Program-made: the position numbers and the translations under genes
Notes under the pieces: model-generated
What the model was told of the DNA's origin: nothing
Seen by the model: the letters and a program-made list of their open reading frames with translations, nothing else
Databases searched by the model: none
Source: Bacteroidota bacterium
GTDB taxonomy: Bacteria > Bacteroidota > Bacteroidia > Flavobacteriales_D > Sanyastnellaceae
Assembly: GCA_039798325.1 (NCBI GenBank)
Contig: JBDKGG010000002.1
Location: 4,640-68,639, forward strand
Reading direction: 5' to 3'
Length of the DNA: 64,000 bases
In this document: positions 11,701 to 21,933 of the stretch, in pieces
Layout of the letters: every line of letters begins with the position of its first letter
Position numbering within the stretch: the stretch's first letter is position 1

Positions 11701-11813
11701 TCAATGGAGAAACACCCCAGAAACCTAAAGGAAGAAAGCGCCGTCACTTCCATTGCGACAGCACCGGAGATTTGTATCACTTTGAAGAACACGACCATGA
11801 AAACCACCATTAA
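8763..11813 (+). CDS. secreted amidohydrolase family protein (two-module, 1016 aa)
   Basis: Signal peptide MRKMILFAVLFQSIWTQAQP. The C-terminal module carries a canonical metal motif (GIIDEHSHIAL). The N-terminal module has only a degenerate version (SFVDLYTHYG). Confidence 0.8.
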   Translation: MRKMILFAVLFQSIWTQAQPTFPVNGAREKEVVNTAIVHATLHIDDQQVLNDATLLFFKGRIVQVGTEFTLPAGTLILDYSGKHIYPSFVDLYTHYGLPAVEYSSWSPFPNPDRNRKGAFGWNDAIHADFQASYHFSYDEGAANALIKAGVGAVVTHQKDGIVRGSGALVALNDNENMAMLKSNVTTHLSFDKGSSKQEYPSSLMGSIALLRQTYFDAEWYKSQGIKEERNLSLESFLQLQQFPTIFETDDKWNVLRADKIGDEMKVQYIFKGSGNEYQRAKDIAQTKGAFILPVNFPGPYDLIDPLLARQVPLEELKHWDWAPSNAAVLKQSAVPFAFTTDGLEDKSSFLSNIKKASKYGLTESDVIQALCKNPAQWIQAYDQIGSLESGKWANFIVTNEPLLSKKSKIEENWVMGKKHEVNVTKTNPWLGTYNLTAENKQEIKVVIEDKPQGIVATWIQGKDTLSQNSVVKTDDVRISISLTPKNDSLSVTQQYISLQKLNNGVAGWLLLGQQGDSRNINVSGQFEAYVPAKDSTEEEVEEWINPITEMTYPFGAYGRTALPAQETVWIKNGTLWTNEKEGIIKGDLLIQNGKILQVGKVTPPSGAKITTIDAQGKHVTCGIIDEHSHIALMSVNEHAQTSSAEVEEARVVWPEDIDIYRQLAGGVTASQLLHGSANAIGGQSALIKLRWGVNHDEILIENAPGFIKFALGENVKHSNAGDFNNVRFPQTRMGVEQVYYDHFHQAREYGNEWKNYELSLKSKTKLPKPRRDLEKDALLEILQGKRFITCHSYVQSEINMLMHMADSMGIKINTFTHILEGYKVADKMKAHGAAASSFSDWWAYKMEVRDAIPYNGALMHQQGVLVGFNSDDAEMARRLNQEAAKAVKYGNVPEEEAWKFVTLNPAKMLHLDNKMGSLKVGKDADVVIWNTSPLSVYAMAEKTFVDGRCYFDREEDGFLHQEEWNDRKALMDAMQKAIVNGETPQKPKGRKRRHFHCDSTGDLYHFEEHDHENHH

Positions 11814-13095
11814 TTTATTGACCATTTGTTTTGCCTTGATCTGCAGCAGCAGCATGGCACAGTATGCACCTGCACCTGCACAAAGCAAATCCATCCTCAT
11901 CATGAATGTGGTGGCACACCTGGGCAATGGTCAAGTGTTGGAAAATGCAGCGATTGGGTTTAAACAGGGAAAAATTGAATTGGTGGCAGATGCCAAAACC
12001 ATCCGATTGGCACCCAACGCCTACGATGAGGTTATCCCAGCCAATGGTCAACATTTGTATCCAGGTTTCATTGCACCAGCCATCAATCTTGGATTGATTG
12101 AAATGGAGGCCGTTCGTGCCACCAGCGATTTTTACGAAGTGGGAGATTACAACCCGCACATCCGATCACTGATTGCCTTCAATACCGATTCAGAAATTCT
12201 ACCAACAGTGCGCAGCAATGGTGTACTCATTACCCAAGTCACCCCAAAAGGTTCAACGATTGCAGGAACTTCTTCGGTAGTGCATTTGGATGCCTGGAAT
12301 TGGGAAGATGCTGTCGTACGCGCCAACGACGGTCTGCATGTCAACTGGCCTTATCCCTATCGCCGTTCCTCTGGTGGATTGGAAACCAATGCTTCCTACC
12401 ATGATGAAATCGATCAATTGGGTGCTTACTTCGAAGCTTCACGCGCCTATTGCAGCATGCCCCATCACGACGAAGTGGATCCCAGAATGGAAGCCATGTG
12501 CCCTGTGATTGAAGGCAAGGCCACTTGGTACGTTAACGCCAATGAGGAAAGACAAATCACTGAAGCGGTAGCCTTCAAACAAAAACACAAGATCCAAGAA
12601 ATGGTCTTAGTGGGAGGATATGATGCTGCTTGGGTTGCTCCTCTTTTGAAAGAAAACAATGTCTCCGTGATGATTCCTCGTGTTCACAGCCTCCCACGTT
12701 ATGCAGGAGACGAGATTGATGCGCCCTTCACGCTGGCAAAAAAACTATTTGATGCGGGCATTACTTTCTGCTTTCAAAATGCCGGAGACATGGAAGCCAT
12801 GAATGCCAGAAATCTTCCCTTCCTTGCAGGAACAGCGGTTGGATTCGGCCTGCCTTATGAAGCAGCTGTTCAAGCGTTAACATTGGATGCTGCCAAAATC
12901 CTCAAGATTGATGCGCATTACGGAAGCATCGAATTGGAAAAAAGCGCCACCTTTTTCATTTCAGAAGGAGATGCGTTGAACATGCAAACCAATCATGTCG
13001 TGCGTGCTTTCATTGATGGACGTGACATCACGGTCCGCAACAAGCAGGTAGATTTGTACGAGAAATACCAAAAGAAGTACGGTCAAATCAAGTAA
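11797..13095 (+). CDS. amidohydrolase-like protein (metal-binding HxH motif absent)
   Basis: The ORF track starts at 11680, but the in-frame ATG at 11797 gives the signal peptide MKTTINLLTICFALICSSSMAQ. It overlaps the upstream gene by 17 nt. The amidohydrolase-like segment LYPGFIAPAINLGL lacks histidines. Confidence 0.72.
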   Translation: MKTTINLLTICFALICSSSMAQYAPAPAQSKSILIMNVVAHLGNGQVLENAAIGFKQGKIELVADAKTIRLAPNAYDEVIPANGQHLYPGFIAPAINLGLIEMEAVRATSDFYEVGDYNPHIRSLIAFNTDSEILPTVRSNGVLITQVTPKGSTIAGTSSVVHLDAWNWEDAVVRANDGLHVNWPYPYRRSSGGLETNASYHDEIDQLGAYFEASRAYCSMPHHDEVDPRMEAMCPVIEGKATWYVNANEERQITEAVAFKQKHKIQEMVLVGGYDAAWVAPLLKENNVSVMIPRVHSLPRYAGDEIDAPFTLAKKLFDAGITFCFQNAGDMEAMNARNLPFLAGTAVGFGLPYEAAVQALTLDAAKILKIDAHYGSIELEKSATFFISEGDALNMQTNHVVRAFIDGRDITVRNKQVDLYEKYQKKYGQIK

Positions 13096-13196
13096 AACAC
13101 TTCGCTTGCGTTAACGTACCAGTGTTGATTATTCTCTAAAGAGTTCGAACAAGCAAAGGCCTTGTGGATTTTCTTTGGTACAGCTAATTTTTACGC

Positions 13197-14201
13197 ATGA
13201 ACGTCATAGTACCCATGGCGGGCATGGGCAAACGCCTTCGCCCCCATACATTAACCACCCCTAAACCCTTGATTCATGTGGCTGGAAAGCCCATTGTACA
13301 AAGATTGGTGGAGGAGATTTGCAAGGTGAGCGATCAAAAAGTAGAACACATTGCCTTCATCACGGGTCGCTTTGGAGAGGCGGCTGAGCAACACCTGTTG
13401 GAAGTTGCCCATACCCTAGGAGCCAAGGGCAGCATCCATTACCAAGATCAAGCACTGGGAACAGCCCACGCCGTTTTGTGCGCCGCTGAGCACTTGGAAG
13501 GGTCTGTAACCGTGGCCTTTGCGGACACCCTTTTCAAAGCCAATTTTGAATTGGACCAAAATGCAGACGGCGTATTGTGGGTTCAAAAAATTGACGATCC
13601 AAGACAGTTTGGTGTCGTTGTTACAGATGACAACGGAAAAATATTGGAATTCGTAGAAAAACCTCAGCAATTCGTTAGCGACCTCGCCATGATCGGCATC
13701 TATTTTTTCAAGGATGGAAAATGGCTAAGAAGAGAGTTGCAGCATTTGATTGATAACAACATCACCAACGGAGGAGAATACCAATTGCCCGATGCATTGC
13801 GCAACATGATGAAGCAAGGCGCCATATTCACTCCAGGAACAGTCAATGACTGGATGGACTGCGGCAACAAGTCGGCTGTGGTCGAAACCAATCAGAAAAT
13901 CTTGGGCTATGAGCCGCAATATGCCCAAGCCCAAAATATCGGAGAAAACAGCCAAGTTATTCCACCCTGCTTCATTGCAGACGATGTTGTCCTCAAAAAC
14001 GCTATCGTTGGACCTTATGTCTCTTTGGAAAAAGGCGTAAAAATCTTCAACACGAAAATCGAAAACGCCATCGTCAATGCACAAACGGTGATTGCCGAAT
14101 CCAACATCGAAAATGCCATGATTGGCGCACACTGCCATGTTAGACATTACAACGGCGATTTAAATATCGGAGATTACTCAACTGTAGGAAACATTGAATA
14201 A
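13197..14201 (+). CDS. sugar-phosphate nucleotidyltransferase with C-terminal left-handed beta-helix
   Basis: 334 aa with N-terminal motif VPMAGMGKRLRP and a C-terminal hexapeptide-like repeat region. Confidence 0.8.
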   Translation: MNVIVPMAGMGKRLRPHTLTTPKPLIHVAGKPIVQRLVEEICKVSDQKVEHIAFITGRFGEAAEQHLLEVAHTLGAKGSIHYQDQALGTAHAVLCAAEHLEGSVTVAFADTLFKANFELDQNADGVLWVQKIDDPRQFGVVVTDDNGKILEFVEKPQQFVSDLAMIGIYFFKDGKWLRRELQHLIDNNITNGGEYQLPDALRNMMKQGAIFTPGTVNDWMDCGNKSAVVETNQKILGYEPQYAQAQNIGENSQVIPPCFIADDVVLKNAIVGPYVSLEKGVKIFNTKIENAIVNAQTVIAESNIENAMIGAHCHVRHYNGDLNIGDYSTVGNIE

Positions 14202-15879
14202 GTCCGTTCTACATATCATCGTCGCCTTGCTTTTGGTTTGGAGTAGTTGTGCTAAAAAACAAAACAGCATTTTTCTAACCAAGGAAAAAGCCAAAGAGGC
14301 CAATGACCTTTTCTTCAAGGGTGTCGAAATGAAGAACAATGCCAAATGGGATTTGGCGGTTAAAAGTTTTGATGACTATCTGCTCATTTTACCCAACGAG
14401 GCCGCTGCCCATTATGAAATCGCACGAATCCAAAGGGAACAACTGCTGAACCCTGAAGGGGCTTTGGTTCATGCCAAAAGAGCCGTAGAATTAGACAAAA
14501 ACAACAAATGGTATGGTCTTGAATATGCCCGCTGTTTGGGTGCCAACAGCCAATGGTCGGCCAGTGTGAAGCAATACGAAAACCTGATCAAACAAGACCC
14601 GTCTTGGACCCTTCCCCTTTTGGAAGTTTCTGAAACCTGCGCGCGCAATGGTGAACTCCGACAAGCCATTGAAGCCTTGAATCAATTGGAAAAGATCAGC
14701 GGGGTTGACCCCTATTTCAGTCAGCTCAAGCAAGAATTGTACATTCAGTTAAATGATCAGCAATCCGCTGCAAATGAATTGGAAAAATTGGCTTTGGCTT
14801 TCCCGGAAGAAACCAACTTTACCTTGCAAGCAGCAGAATTTTATGTTGGTATCGGAGAACCGGAAAAGGCAATGGCCTTGCTCAACAAAAATCCACACAC
14901 GCCAGAAAGCCAAAAAGCCTTTTTCCAGTACCGAATATTAAGCAAAGATCCCAAGGCGCATCCCCAGGATATTTTAATCGCGTTGGACAAAGCATTGGAC
15001 ATGCCCGATATCGGCATCGACCAAAGAATCAATGCCCTGGCTCCATTTGTATACAGCGATCAAATTCAAGACAATTGGAAATCCGTTATCGCGCGTTGCA
15101 TTGAAAAAACACTGAAGGCCTTTCCTGATGAGGCCAAAGCCTACTCTATTGCTGGCGATTTCTATGCTCTGAACAACCAATTCACCCAAGCCATTGAAGC
15201 CTATCAAAAGACCGTTCAATTGGATCCATCCAAAAAAGTGGTTTGGACCGCTCTATTGGGACTATATGAAGAAGACCCCACTACCTCGCCCATGCAATAC
15301 TATGCCGTTGCACAAGAGGCCTACAATCTTTTTCCTTTTGCCGCTGAATTCAGAAACCAAGCAGGTCAGGCCTTATTTAGAATGGGCGAGTTTCAATCGT
15401 GCATTGAGGAGTGCAATGCCGGCTTGGCCATCGTGGTGGACGATGCCGAAAATGAGTCAGGTCTTCACCTCATGAAGCTATTCTGCTTGGCCGCAATGGG
15501 GGATAAAACCAACGCGCAAAAACAAGGCGAACTCATGATGAGAAAAATGAGTACACTCAGCACCATGACCCTTCTACAAATGGGGTGGATTGATGCCTTT
15601 TTCTCGCTCAACATTCCAGGACTTCAAGATCAAATGATTGTCCTCATCAACAATCAAATTCCCGGATTCGAAATAACGCTTCACGCCATGCGCATGGGCA
15701 AAGGAGAGAACATCGCTGAATCCGAATTCGAAAAAAATAGTTTCTTCGATGCCTTAAACGCAGCGCAGTATTTTTCTCAGAAAAAAGACAATACGGCGGC
15801 CTGTAAATTTTTAACGGAAGCCAAGAAAAAAATGCCCTACAATACTTGGCTCAACCAAATCAATCCAGAATGTCCTTAA
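14194..15879 (+). CDS. TPR-repeat lipoprotein
   Basis: 561 aa with a TTG start and lipobox-like LLVWSSC. TPR-like helical repeats run throughout. It is the first gene of the conserved Bacteroidota TPR/DUF4292/M23 trio. Confidence 0.72.
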   Translation: MNKSVLHIIVALLLVWSSCAKKQNSIFLTKEKAKEANDLFFKGVEMKNNAKWDLAVKSFDDYLLILPNEAAAHYEIARIQREQLLNPEGALVHAKRAVELDKNNKWYGLEYARCLGANSQWSASVKQYENLIKQDPSWTLPLLEVSETCARNGELRQAIEALNQLEKISGVDPYFSQLKQELYIQLNDQQSAANELEKLALAFPEETNFTLQAAEFYVGIGEPEKAMALLNKNPHTPESQKAFFQYRILSKDPKAHPQDILIALDKALDMPDIGIDQRINALAPFVYSDQIQDNWKSVIARCIEKTLKAFPDEAKAYSIAGDFYALNNQFTQAIEAYQKTVQLDPSKKVVWTALLGLYEEDPTTSPMQYYAVAQEAYNLFPFAAEFRNQAGQALFRMGEFQSCIEECNAGLAIVVDDAENESGLHLMKLFCLAAMGDKTNAQKQGELMMRKMSTLSTMTLLQMGWIDAFFSLNIPGLQDQMIVLINNQIPGFEITLHAMRMGKGENIAESEFEKNSFFDALNAAQYFSQKKDNTAACKFLTEAKKKMPYNTWLNQINPECP

Positions 15880-16787
15880 AGCTCTTTTTCCTCTCATTGT
15901 TTTCATTTGCCATCTTAGTGGGTTGTCAAACATCCAAGGGATTAAACGCTGCTGAAGAAAACATTCGCCCCAAACCAGCCATGGCCGTTTTAAAACAAAA
16001 CGAAAAAAGTTGGACCGACTACAAGCAACTGGGCATGAAGATCGAAGGCTTTACAAAAAACAACGAGGACAATATTGAATTCAAGGCCAATGTCAGAATC
16101 AAAAAAGACAGTGCAATCTGGATGAGCATTTCTCCTGCCTTGGGAATTGAAATCGCCCGAGTACTTGTTCTAAAAGACAGTTTAAAAGTACTATCTAAAA
16201 TCCCCGACAACAAGTTTGCCTACGTCAGTGATATTGATTCATTGCAGGAATTCCTGCACTTTGAATTCGACCTCGAGGATTTGGAAAGCATCATGAGTGG
16301 CAGACCCGTTGGAATTGACCGAATAGGAGGGAAATTCAAGTCTGACGTGGACGATAATCAATACTTGATTGCCACCCGCTACAAAAGACGCATCAAAAAA
16401 TCAATGGCCATTCTTAACCAAAACCCTGATACCCTGGAAACCGAAGATGAGCGGATTAAAAACAGGGAAAAAAGAAGGCAACACAGACTGGAAGAAGATG
16501 GACTTATTCTGTCCAAATATTGGTTCGACAACCAACATTTTCATCTCAACAGATGTGTATTTCAAGATCTCATGAACAACAGATTTATTGAAATAAAATA
16601 CAACTCTTGGAGCTTTGATGAAAATGAGGAGAAGCAAAATGCCTATCCCGGTAATGTTGAAATCATCGTAACTGACAAAGAGAAACAATTTGTATTCGGC
16701 TGGAACGTTAACAAATGGGTCACCGACCGCACCTTTGAATATCCCTTTGAGATTCCAGAAGGTTATGAATTGAAAAAGAAATTATGA
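15870..16787 (+). CDS. DUF4292-like (LolB-like) lipoprotein
   Basis: The internal ATG at 15870 gives MSLKLFFLSLFSFAILVGC (lipobox). Its position between the TPR protein and the M23 peptidase matches the conserved trio. The family call is from memory and unverified. Confidence 0.65.
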   Translation: MSLKLFFLSLFSFAILVGCQTSKGLNAAEENIRPKPAMAVLKQNEKSWTDYKQLGMKIEGFTKNNEDNIEFKANVRIKKDSAIWMSISPALGIEIARVLVLKDSLKVLSKIPDNKFAYVSDIDSLQEFLHFEFDLEDLESIMSGRPVGIDRIGGKFKSDVDDNQYLIATRYKRRIKKSMAILNQNPDTLETEDERIKNREKRRQHRLEEDGLILSKYWFDNQHFHLNRCVFQDLMNNRFIEIKYNSWSFDENEEKQNAYPGNVEIIVTDKEKQFVFGWNVNKWVTDRTFEYPFEIPEGYELKKKL

Positions 16788-18098
16788 GAAAACTGCTGCA
16801 CTTTTTTATCATTGTTTCGAGCATCATTACAGGTGTTCTGGTCAGTCAATGGATGCTAGCGCAAAACAAAAAAGAATTGCTCAAAACCCAACGGGATGAG
16901 ATCAGCGCAAAAATCAAAGAGACCAAGGCCATGATTGCCGATTCTGAAAAGAAACAAAAACTAACGGCCAATCAAATAGCCATGCTCAATGAGCAAATCC
17001 GCTACCGCGAAAAAATGATTGAAAACATAGATGGCGAATTGGGCCAATTGGACATGACCATCGTGCAAGAACAGAATCAAATTGCTCAACTGGAATTTCA
17101 GCTTCAATCTTTAAAATCCGAGTATGCGAAAATGGTTTACCAGGCCTACAAGAACAGAAGCACCTACAACAGCATTGTTTTCATTCTAAGTGCCGATGAT
17201 TTTTACCAAGCCTATAAGCGCTACAAGATCATGCAGGCACTATCTGAGGGAAGACAAAAACAAGTGGAAATCATCCAAGAAACAGAAACAACGCTGCAAG
17301 CCAAAATCAATGATTTAAAGTACAGCCGAAACGCAGCCATCGCCCTAAAGAAAGAACAAGAGGTGGTCAAATCAGAAATTGATCAGGATCGTCAAACCCA
17401 ACAAAACAAGTTGGGAAAATTGAAAAAAGAAGAGGGGAAACTGCGTGCGCAACAAAAAAAATTGGATGGTGATCGCAAAAAATTGAACAGCAAAATTCAA
17501 GACATCATCAACAAAGAATTGGCCGCAGAGAGAAAACGTGAAGAAGAAAAACTCAAAAAACTTACAGCAGTCAATACCGTCAAAAAAGCCACCCCCACCA
17601 ATACCACTGAAGCGCCCAAGGCTCCGTTGGCTGTGAAAACTGAATCCAAATCCACTGCCATCACCCTGGCGCCTGAGGTGATTGCCCTCAACAGCAACTT
17701 TGAAACCAACAAAGGAAATTTACCTTGGCCCGTGGCCCAAGGAACCATTACTTCTCATTTTGGAAAGCACAGCCACCCGAGTTTAGAGGACATTGTATTA
17801 AACAACAACGGTGTGGATTTCACTACCAAACAAGGCGAGAATGTTCTCTGCGTGTTTGGTGGAAAGGTAACTTCTGTCTTCAGCATCCCAGGAGCGGGAT
17901 ACAACATCATCGTCACCCATGGAACCTACAAAACGGTCTATTCTGGTTTATCACAAGTGAATGTCAAAGTAGGGGATCAAGTGAATGCCAAACAATCCAT
18001 TGGCAATGTCGGAATGACCGACGATGAGTCCGTCTTGCACTTTGAATTGTGGTCGGTCAATAGCACCAAAGGAACGGCCCAGAATCCTGAATCTTGGA

Positions 18099-18112
<14 letters not shown>
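16784..18112 (+). CDS. coiled-coil M23/LytM peptidase (EnvC-like murein hydrolase activator)
   Basis: 442 aa with a long Q/K/E-rich coiled coil followed by a C-terminal LytM domain (NNGVDFTT...GYNIIVTHG...LHFELW). ATGA overlap with the upstream gene. Confidence 0.85.
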
Positions 18113-19226
<1,114 letters not shown>

Positions 19227-19268
19227 TGGCTGATTTTAGTTAATCAAAGAACAGAATTCTTTAAAATT

Positions 19269-19727
19269 TTATTGATTAGCTTGTTTAAGTGCCAAATTCA
19301 TGATTTCATCTGAAATCCTAAAACCGCTTTCTCTCAGCGCATCCAAAAACTGATTGACATCCGAGATATGATTTTCTTGTTTTGCTTTAATGATTACCCC
19401 CAATGTTCCAGTAAATCTAAGATTCAACTTTTTAGCCTCCTTTCTACCTTTCAAATCATCTAGAATCAATGTTGAATGAGGATTTTCAAGGGCAAGAGCT
19501 ATGGCCGATGATTCTCCTGCATCAAGGTATCCACTCAAAACTCTTTGCAGATTTAAATCCTTAACTGCCTTTATTTCGATGAAATCCGGGATGGGTAATT
19601 CATATTCATCGAGAATCGTCTGAGTAATATACACTTTTCTATAAACGCTTTCTAAAATCCATAGCGCTTTAATATTGGTTAAAGCTATCAAACAACTCGC
19701 ATCCGCAATAATGATTACTTCACGCAT
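19269..19727 (-). CDS. DUF3368 (PIN-like) toxin-type protein
   Basis: 152 aa with IIADASCLIAL...LDAGESSAIALALE...LILDDLKGRKEAKKLNLRFTGTLGVIIKAK, the typical DUF3368 pattern. It overlaps the upstream antitoxin gene by 8 nt. The locus is AT-rich. Confidence 0.75.
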   Translation of the reverse strand: MREVIIIADASCLIALTNIKALWILESVYRKVYITQTILDEYELPIPDFIEIKAVKDLNLQRVLSGYLDAGESSAIALALENPHSTLILDDLKGRKEAKKLNLRFTGTLGVIIKAKQENHISDVNQFLDALRESGFRISDEIMNLALKQANQ

Positions 19728-19944
19728 TTTTTATGTCATTGAGAAGATCATCTTCTGATTGACTAAAAAGAGAAACATTATACTTTCCGAGTATTTCAAT
19801 AAAAGATTTTTTACTGAGGCCCGCCATATCAGCAGCTTGACCTGAACTGAGCAATCCGTCTTCATACAGCTTAGAAGCAAAATAAACTACAAGATCAAAC
19901 TCTCGAAGACCTACATTTTCGGGAATATTTACGGTAACTTTCAT
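19720..19944 (-). CDS. UPF0175 family antitoxin-type protein
   Basis: 74 aa with LYEDGLLSSGQAADMAGLSKKSFIEILGKYNVS, an HTH-like UPF0175 signature. Confidence 0.75.
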   Translation of the reverse strand: MKVTVNIPENVGLREFDLVVYFASKLYEDGLLSSGQAADMAGLSKKSFIEILGKYNVSLFSQSEDDLLNDIKNA

Positions 19945-20007
19945 GTTTCATTGATTAGGCAAGACCAAAGTACAAAATTCTGCAATACCAATGAATCAAA
20001 CAATGCT

Positions 20008-20139
20008 CTAGTATGCTCTCCTCAGTAATCCAACGTCCAATTTTCTTGCTTCACTCAACAAATGAACAATCTCCTCAACCTCCCATTTGAATTGAGGCCA
20101 ATCCGCTTTTTGATGGATGTAAAGATCTATTCGCCGCAT
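20008..20139 (-). pseudogene. remnant of a Fic/DOC-family gene (DUF4172-like N-terminus only)
   Basis: My own translation of the reverse strand gives MRRIDLYIHQKADWPQFKWEVEEIVHLLSEARKLDVGLLRRAY*. The pattern IHQxxDWPxFxW...LLxxxRxLxGxL is the usual N-terminus of Fic proteins. There is no Fic core (HPFxxGNGR) downstream. At 43 codons it is too short for the ORF track. Confidence 0.5.
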
Positions 20140-20190
20140 AATATACAACGAATATAGTGTTTATTCGTTGCATTGTCAAATGGATCGCAT

Positions 20191-21432
20191 TCAATACACC
20201 ACCATCAATACCCCGCCTGCGGTTCGATACATCTCACCTACAGTCAATCCACCCGCAATGGCCGATGCATTATCTGCAAACACAGGTAGTCCTGGATTCT
20301 TGATGGCTCCTGACGTTGCGCTGTGCATGGAGTAAGGTGTAGCCAACAACTGTTGGGTGCCCATATCTACCCAACCACCTCCGGTATCCATTTGAACGTG
20401 GAGGTATTTGTTACCAGCCGACCAATTGATACTGCTGAATGTGCCGCTTACAGAGGTTCCTGCACCAAAGGCTGTTGTAAACAAACCAAACTCATTGGTG
20501 GTCAGCGAATGAGTCTCTGTGTATTCGGCTGTGCCCGTGAGCGAATCCGCCAACAGAGAAAATTGGACTTCCAAGTTGGCATTGGCCAAAGGCGTGCCCT
20601 GTGCATCACGCGCTATGGCTTGGTAGCTAATCGCGCTTGGAACATTAATGGTGGCTGTTTCATTGTTGTTGGAAGAGGCGGTGTAAAGGGAGATGATTTC
20701 TTGTTGGGTTAAGGCGCGATTCCATATGGCGATATCGTCGATACAACCTAACCAATGGCTGGTATAATAGTTCAAACCATTATATTGAATTGGTGATTGA
20801 CATCTTCCAAATTGCATTTTTCTGTTTCCTGAAGCATAGAAGGATGGATTGAATGGAGAAGAATCCAATAAAACCCCATTTTTATAAAGATAAAATAGGT
20901 TAACCTCAGTGTTCAATACGCAACAATAATTTGTCCACTCAAAATAACTAGGATTCAAATCCTCGGAAATATTACCCCACTCCTCTCTGAAGTTAAAGTT
21001 AGGGTTGGTGTAACCACCTGAACCTAATGTTATAAAGCGACCTTTATTTAACCATTGATTAGAGTCGCAATCATCAAATATGGTATATCCATTAGTATAC
21101 TCATCCATAGAGTTAGTTTCTAATTTACACCAAAAATTGATACTGTATGAAGCTGGTGAATTACTTAGAATTACATTTTCGACGACTATTCCACTCGAAA
21201 ACCCATCAAAATAATATGCAGTGTGATTTGCGTCAAATCTATTATTGGTCAAAGTTGCCCCATTCACAGTCCCATTATTCCCATTCCCACTCTCATCATT
21301 GGCATTCCCATTAAATGGCCACCAACCTACAAGTCCGTTTGCTGGTAAATAACTTGGAAGACTTTGTGCCTTTGTTGCAACTGTCCATCCGAGCGTTGCC
21401 ATTGCGAGCAGTAATATCGATTTCATTTTCAT
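20191..21432 (-). CDS. secreted LamG/concanavalin-A-like lectin domain protein
   Basis: The start was moved to the ATG at 21432 (MKMKSILLLAMATLGWTVATKAQ, a signal peptide). The LamG signature is LVGWWPFNGNANDESGNGNNGTVNGATL. The C-terminal half is a different beta-rich module (ISYQAIARDAQGTPLANANLEVQF...). Confidence 0.78.
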   Translation of the reverse strand: MKMKSILLLAMATLGWTVATKAQSLPSYLPANGLVGWWPFNGNANDESGNGNNGTVNGATLTNNRFDANHTAYYFDGFSSGIVVENVILSNSPASYSINFWCKLETNSMDEYTNGYTIFDDCDSNQWLNKGRFITLGSGGYTNPNFNFREEWGNISEDLNPSYFEWTNYCCVLNTEVNLFYLYKNGVLLDSSPFNPSFYASGNRKMQFGRCQSPIQYNGLNYYTSHWLGCIDDIAIWNRALTQQEIISLYTASSNNNETATINVPSAISYQAIARDAQGTPLANANLEVQFSLLADSLTGTAEYTETHSLTTNEFGLFTTAFGAGTSVSGTFSSINWSAGNKYLHVQMDTGGGWVDMGTQQLLATPYSMHSATSGAIKNPGLPVFADNASAIAGGLTVGEMYRTAGGVLMVVY

Positions 21433-21556
21433 GTAAATTGGTATCTTCATTTTGTTCGAATTTATTACTTTTTTTATCATTTCACTACATCTGCATCTTA
21501 GAACGCTATTGTAACCGCAACAAATTTGAACTTCATTTCTCAACGGCCACAAACCA

Positions 21557-21874
21557 TCACCTCACCTCATCCAAAATCTCCAACACCGTCCGAAACGCTG
21601 CGCAGTGTTGCCCAAACTTCTCGTTATGATCCGCCTGCAATGCCGTGGCAAACTCCTCCCGATAGCGGGTCAAATGATCCGCACTTTCACAAACATATTG
21701 CACGGCATAGGTAATACCCCCCTCCTCAAAATCCAATACCCGACAGATCCGATTCTCCAAAAACATTCCCGTTGCCATCACATCTGGTATGTGCACGCGC
21801 TTCATCCAATCCAACCAGGTCTCATGCACCGCCTCATCCACCGAAACCGTGACGTTGTACAATACTTTATTCAT
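21557..21874 (-). CDS. DUF4286-like small protein
   Basis: 105 aa, MNKVLYNVTVSVDEAVHETWLDWMKRVHIPDVMATGMF. The family call is from memory. Confidence 0.65.
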   Translation of the reverse strand: MNKVLYNVTVSVDEAVHETWLDWMKRVHIPDVMATGMFLENRICRVLDFEEGGITYAVQYVCESADHLTRYREEFATALQADHNEKFGQHCAAFRTVLEILDEVR

Positions 21875-21912
21875 TTGTCAAAAATGAGGCATCTTATTGA
21901 ACCGTCAAAGAT

Positions 21913-21920
21913 TATATTTG
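21913..21920 (+). promoter_or_regulatory. -7 box TATATTTG upstream of membrane-protein/cytochrome c pair
   Basis: Exact TAnnTTTG match, 13 nt before the ATG at 21934. Confidence 0.5.
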
Positions 21921-21933
21921 TCTCAAATTAAAA

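Noticed and set aside
11680-11796. Upstream extension of the second amidohydrolase ORF. The same type of extension occurs at pyk (to 40352), the HD gene (to 28275), the LamG gene (to 21552), comF (to 56117) and the TonB-like gene (to 58819).
   Set aside because: - Internal starts yield canonical N-termini or signal peptides (MKTTINLL..., MKKTKIVATIGPAS, MAQLFRKIINDP..., MKMKSILLL...).
- The extensions overlap neighbouring genes or repeats.
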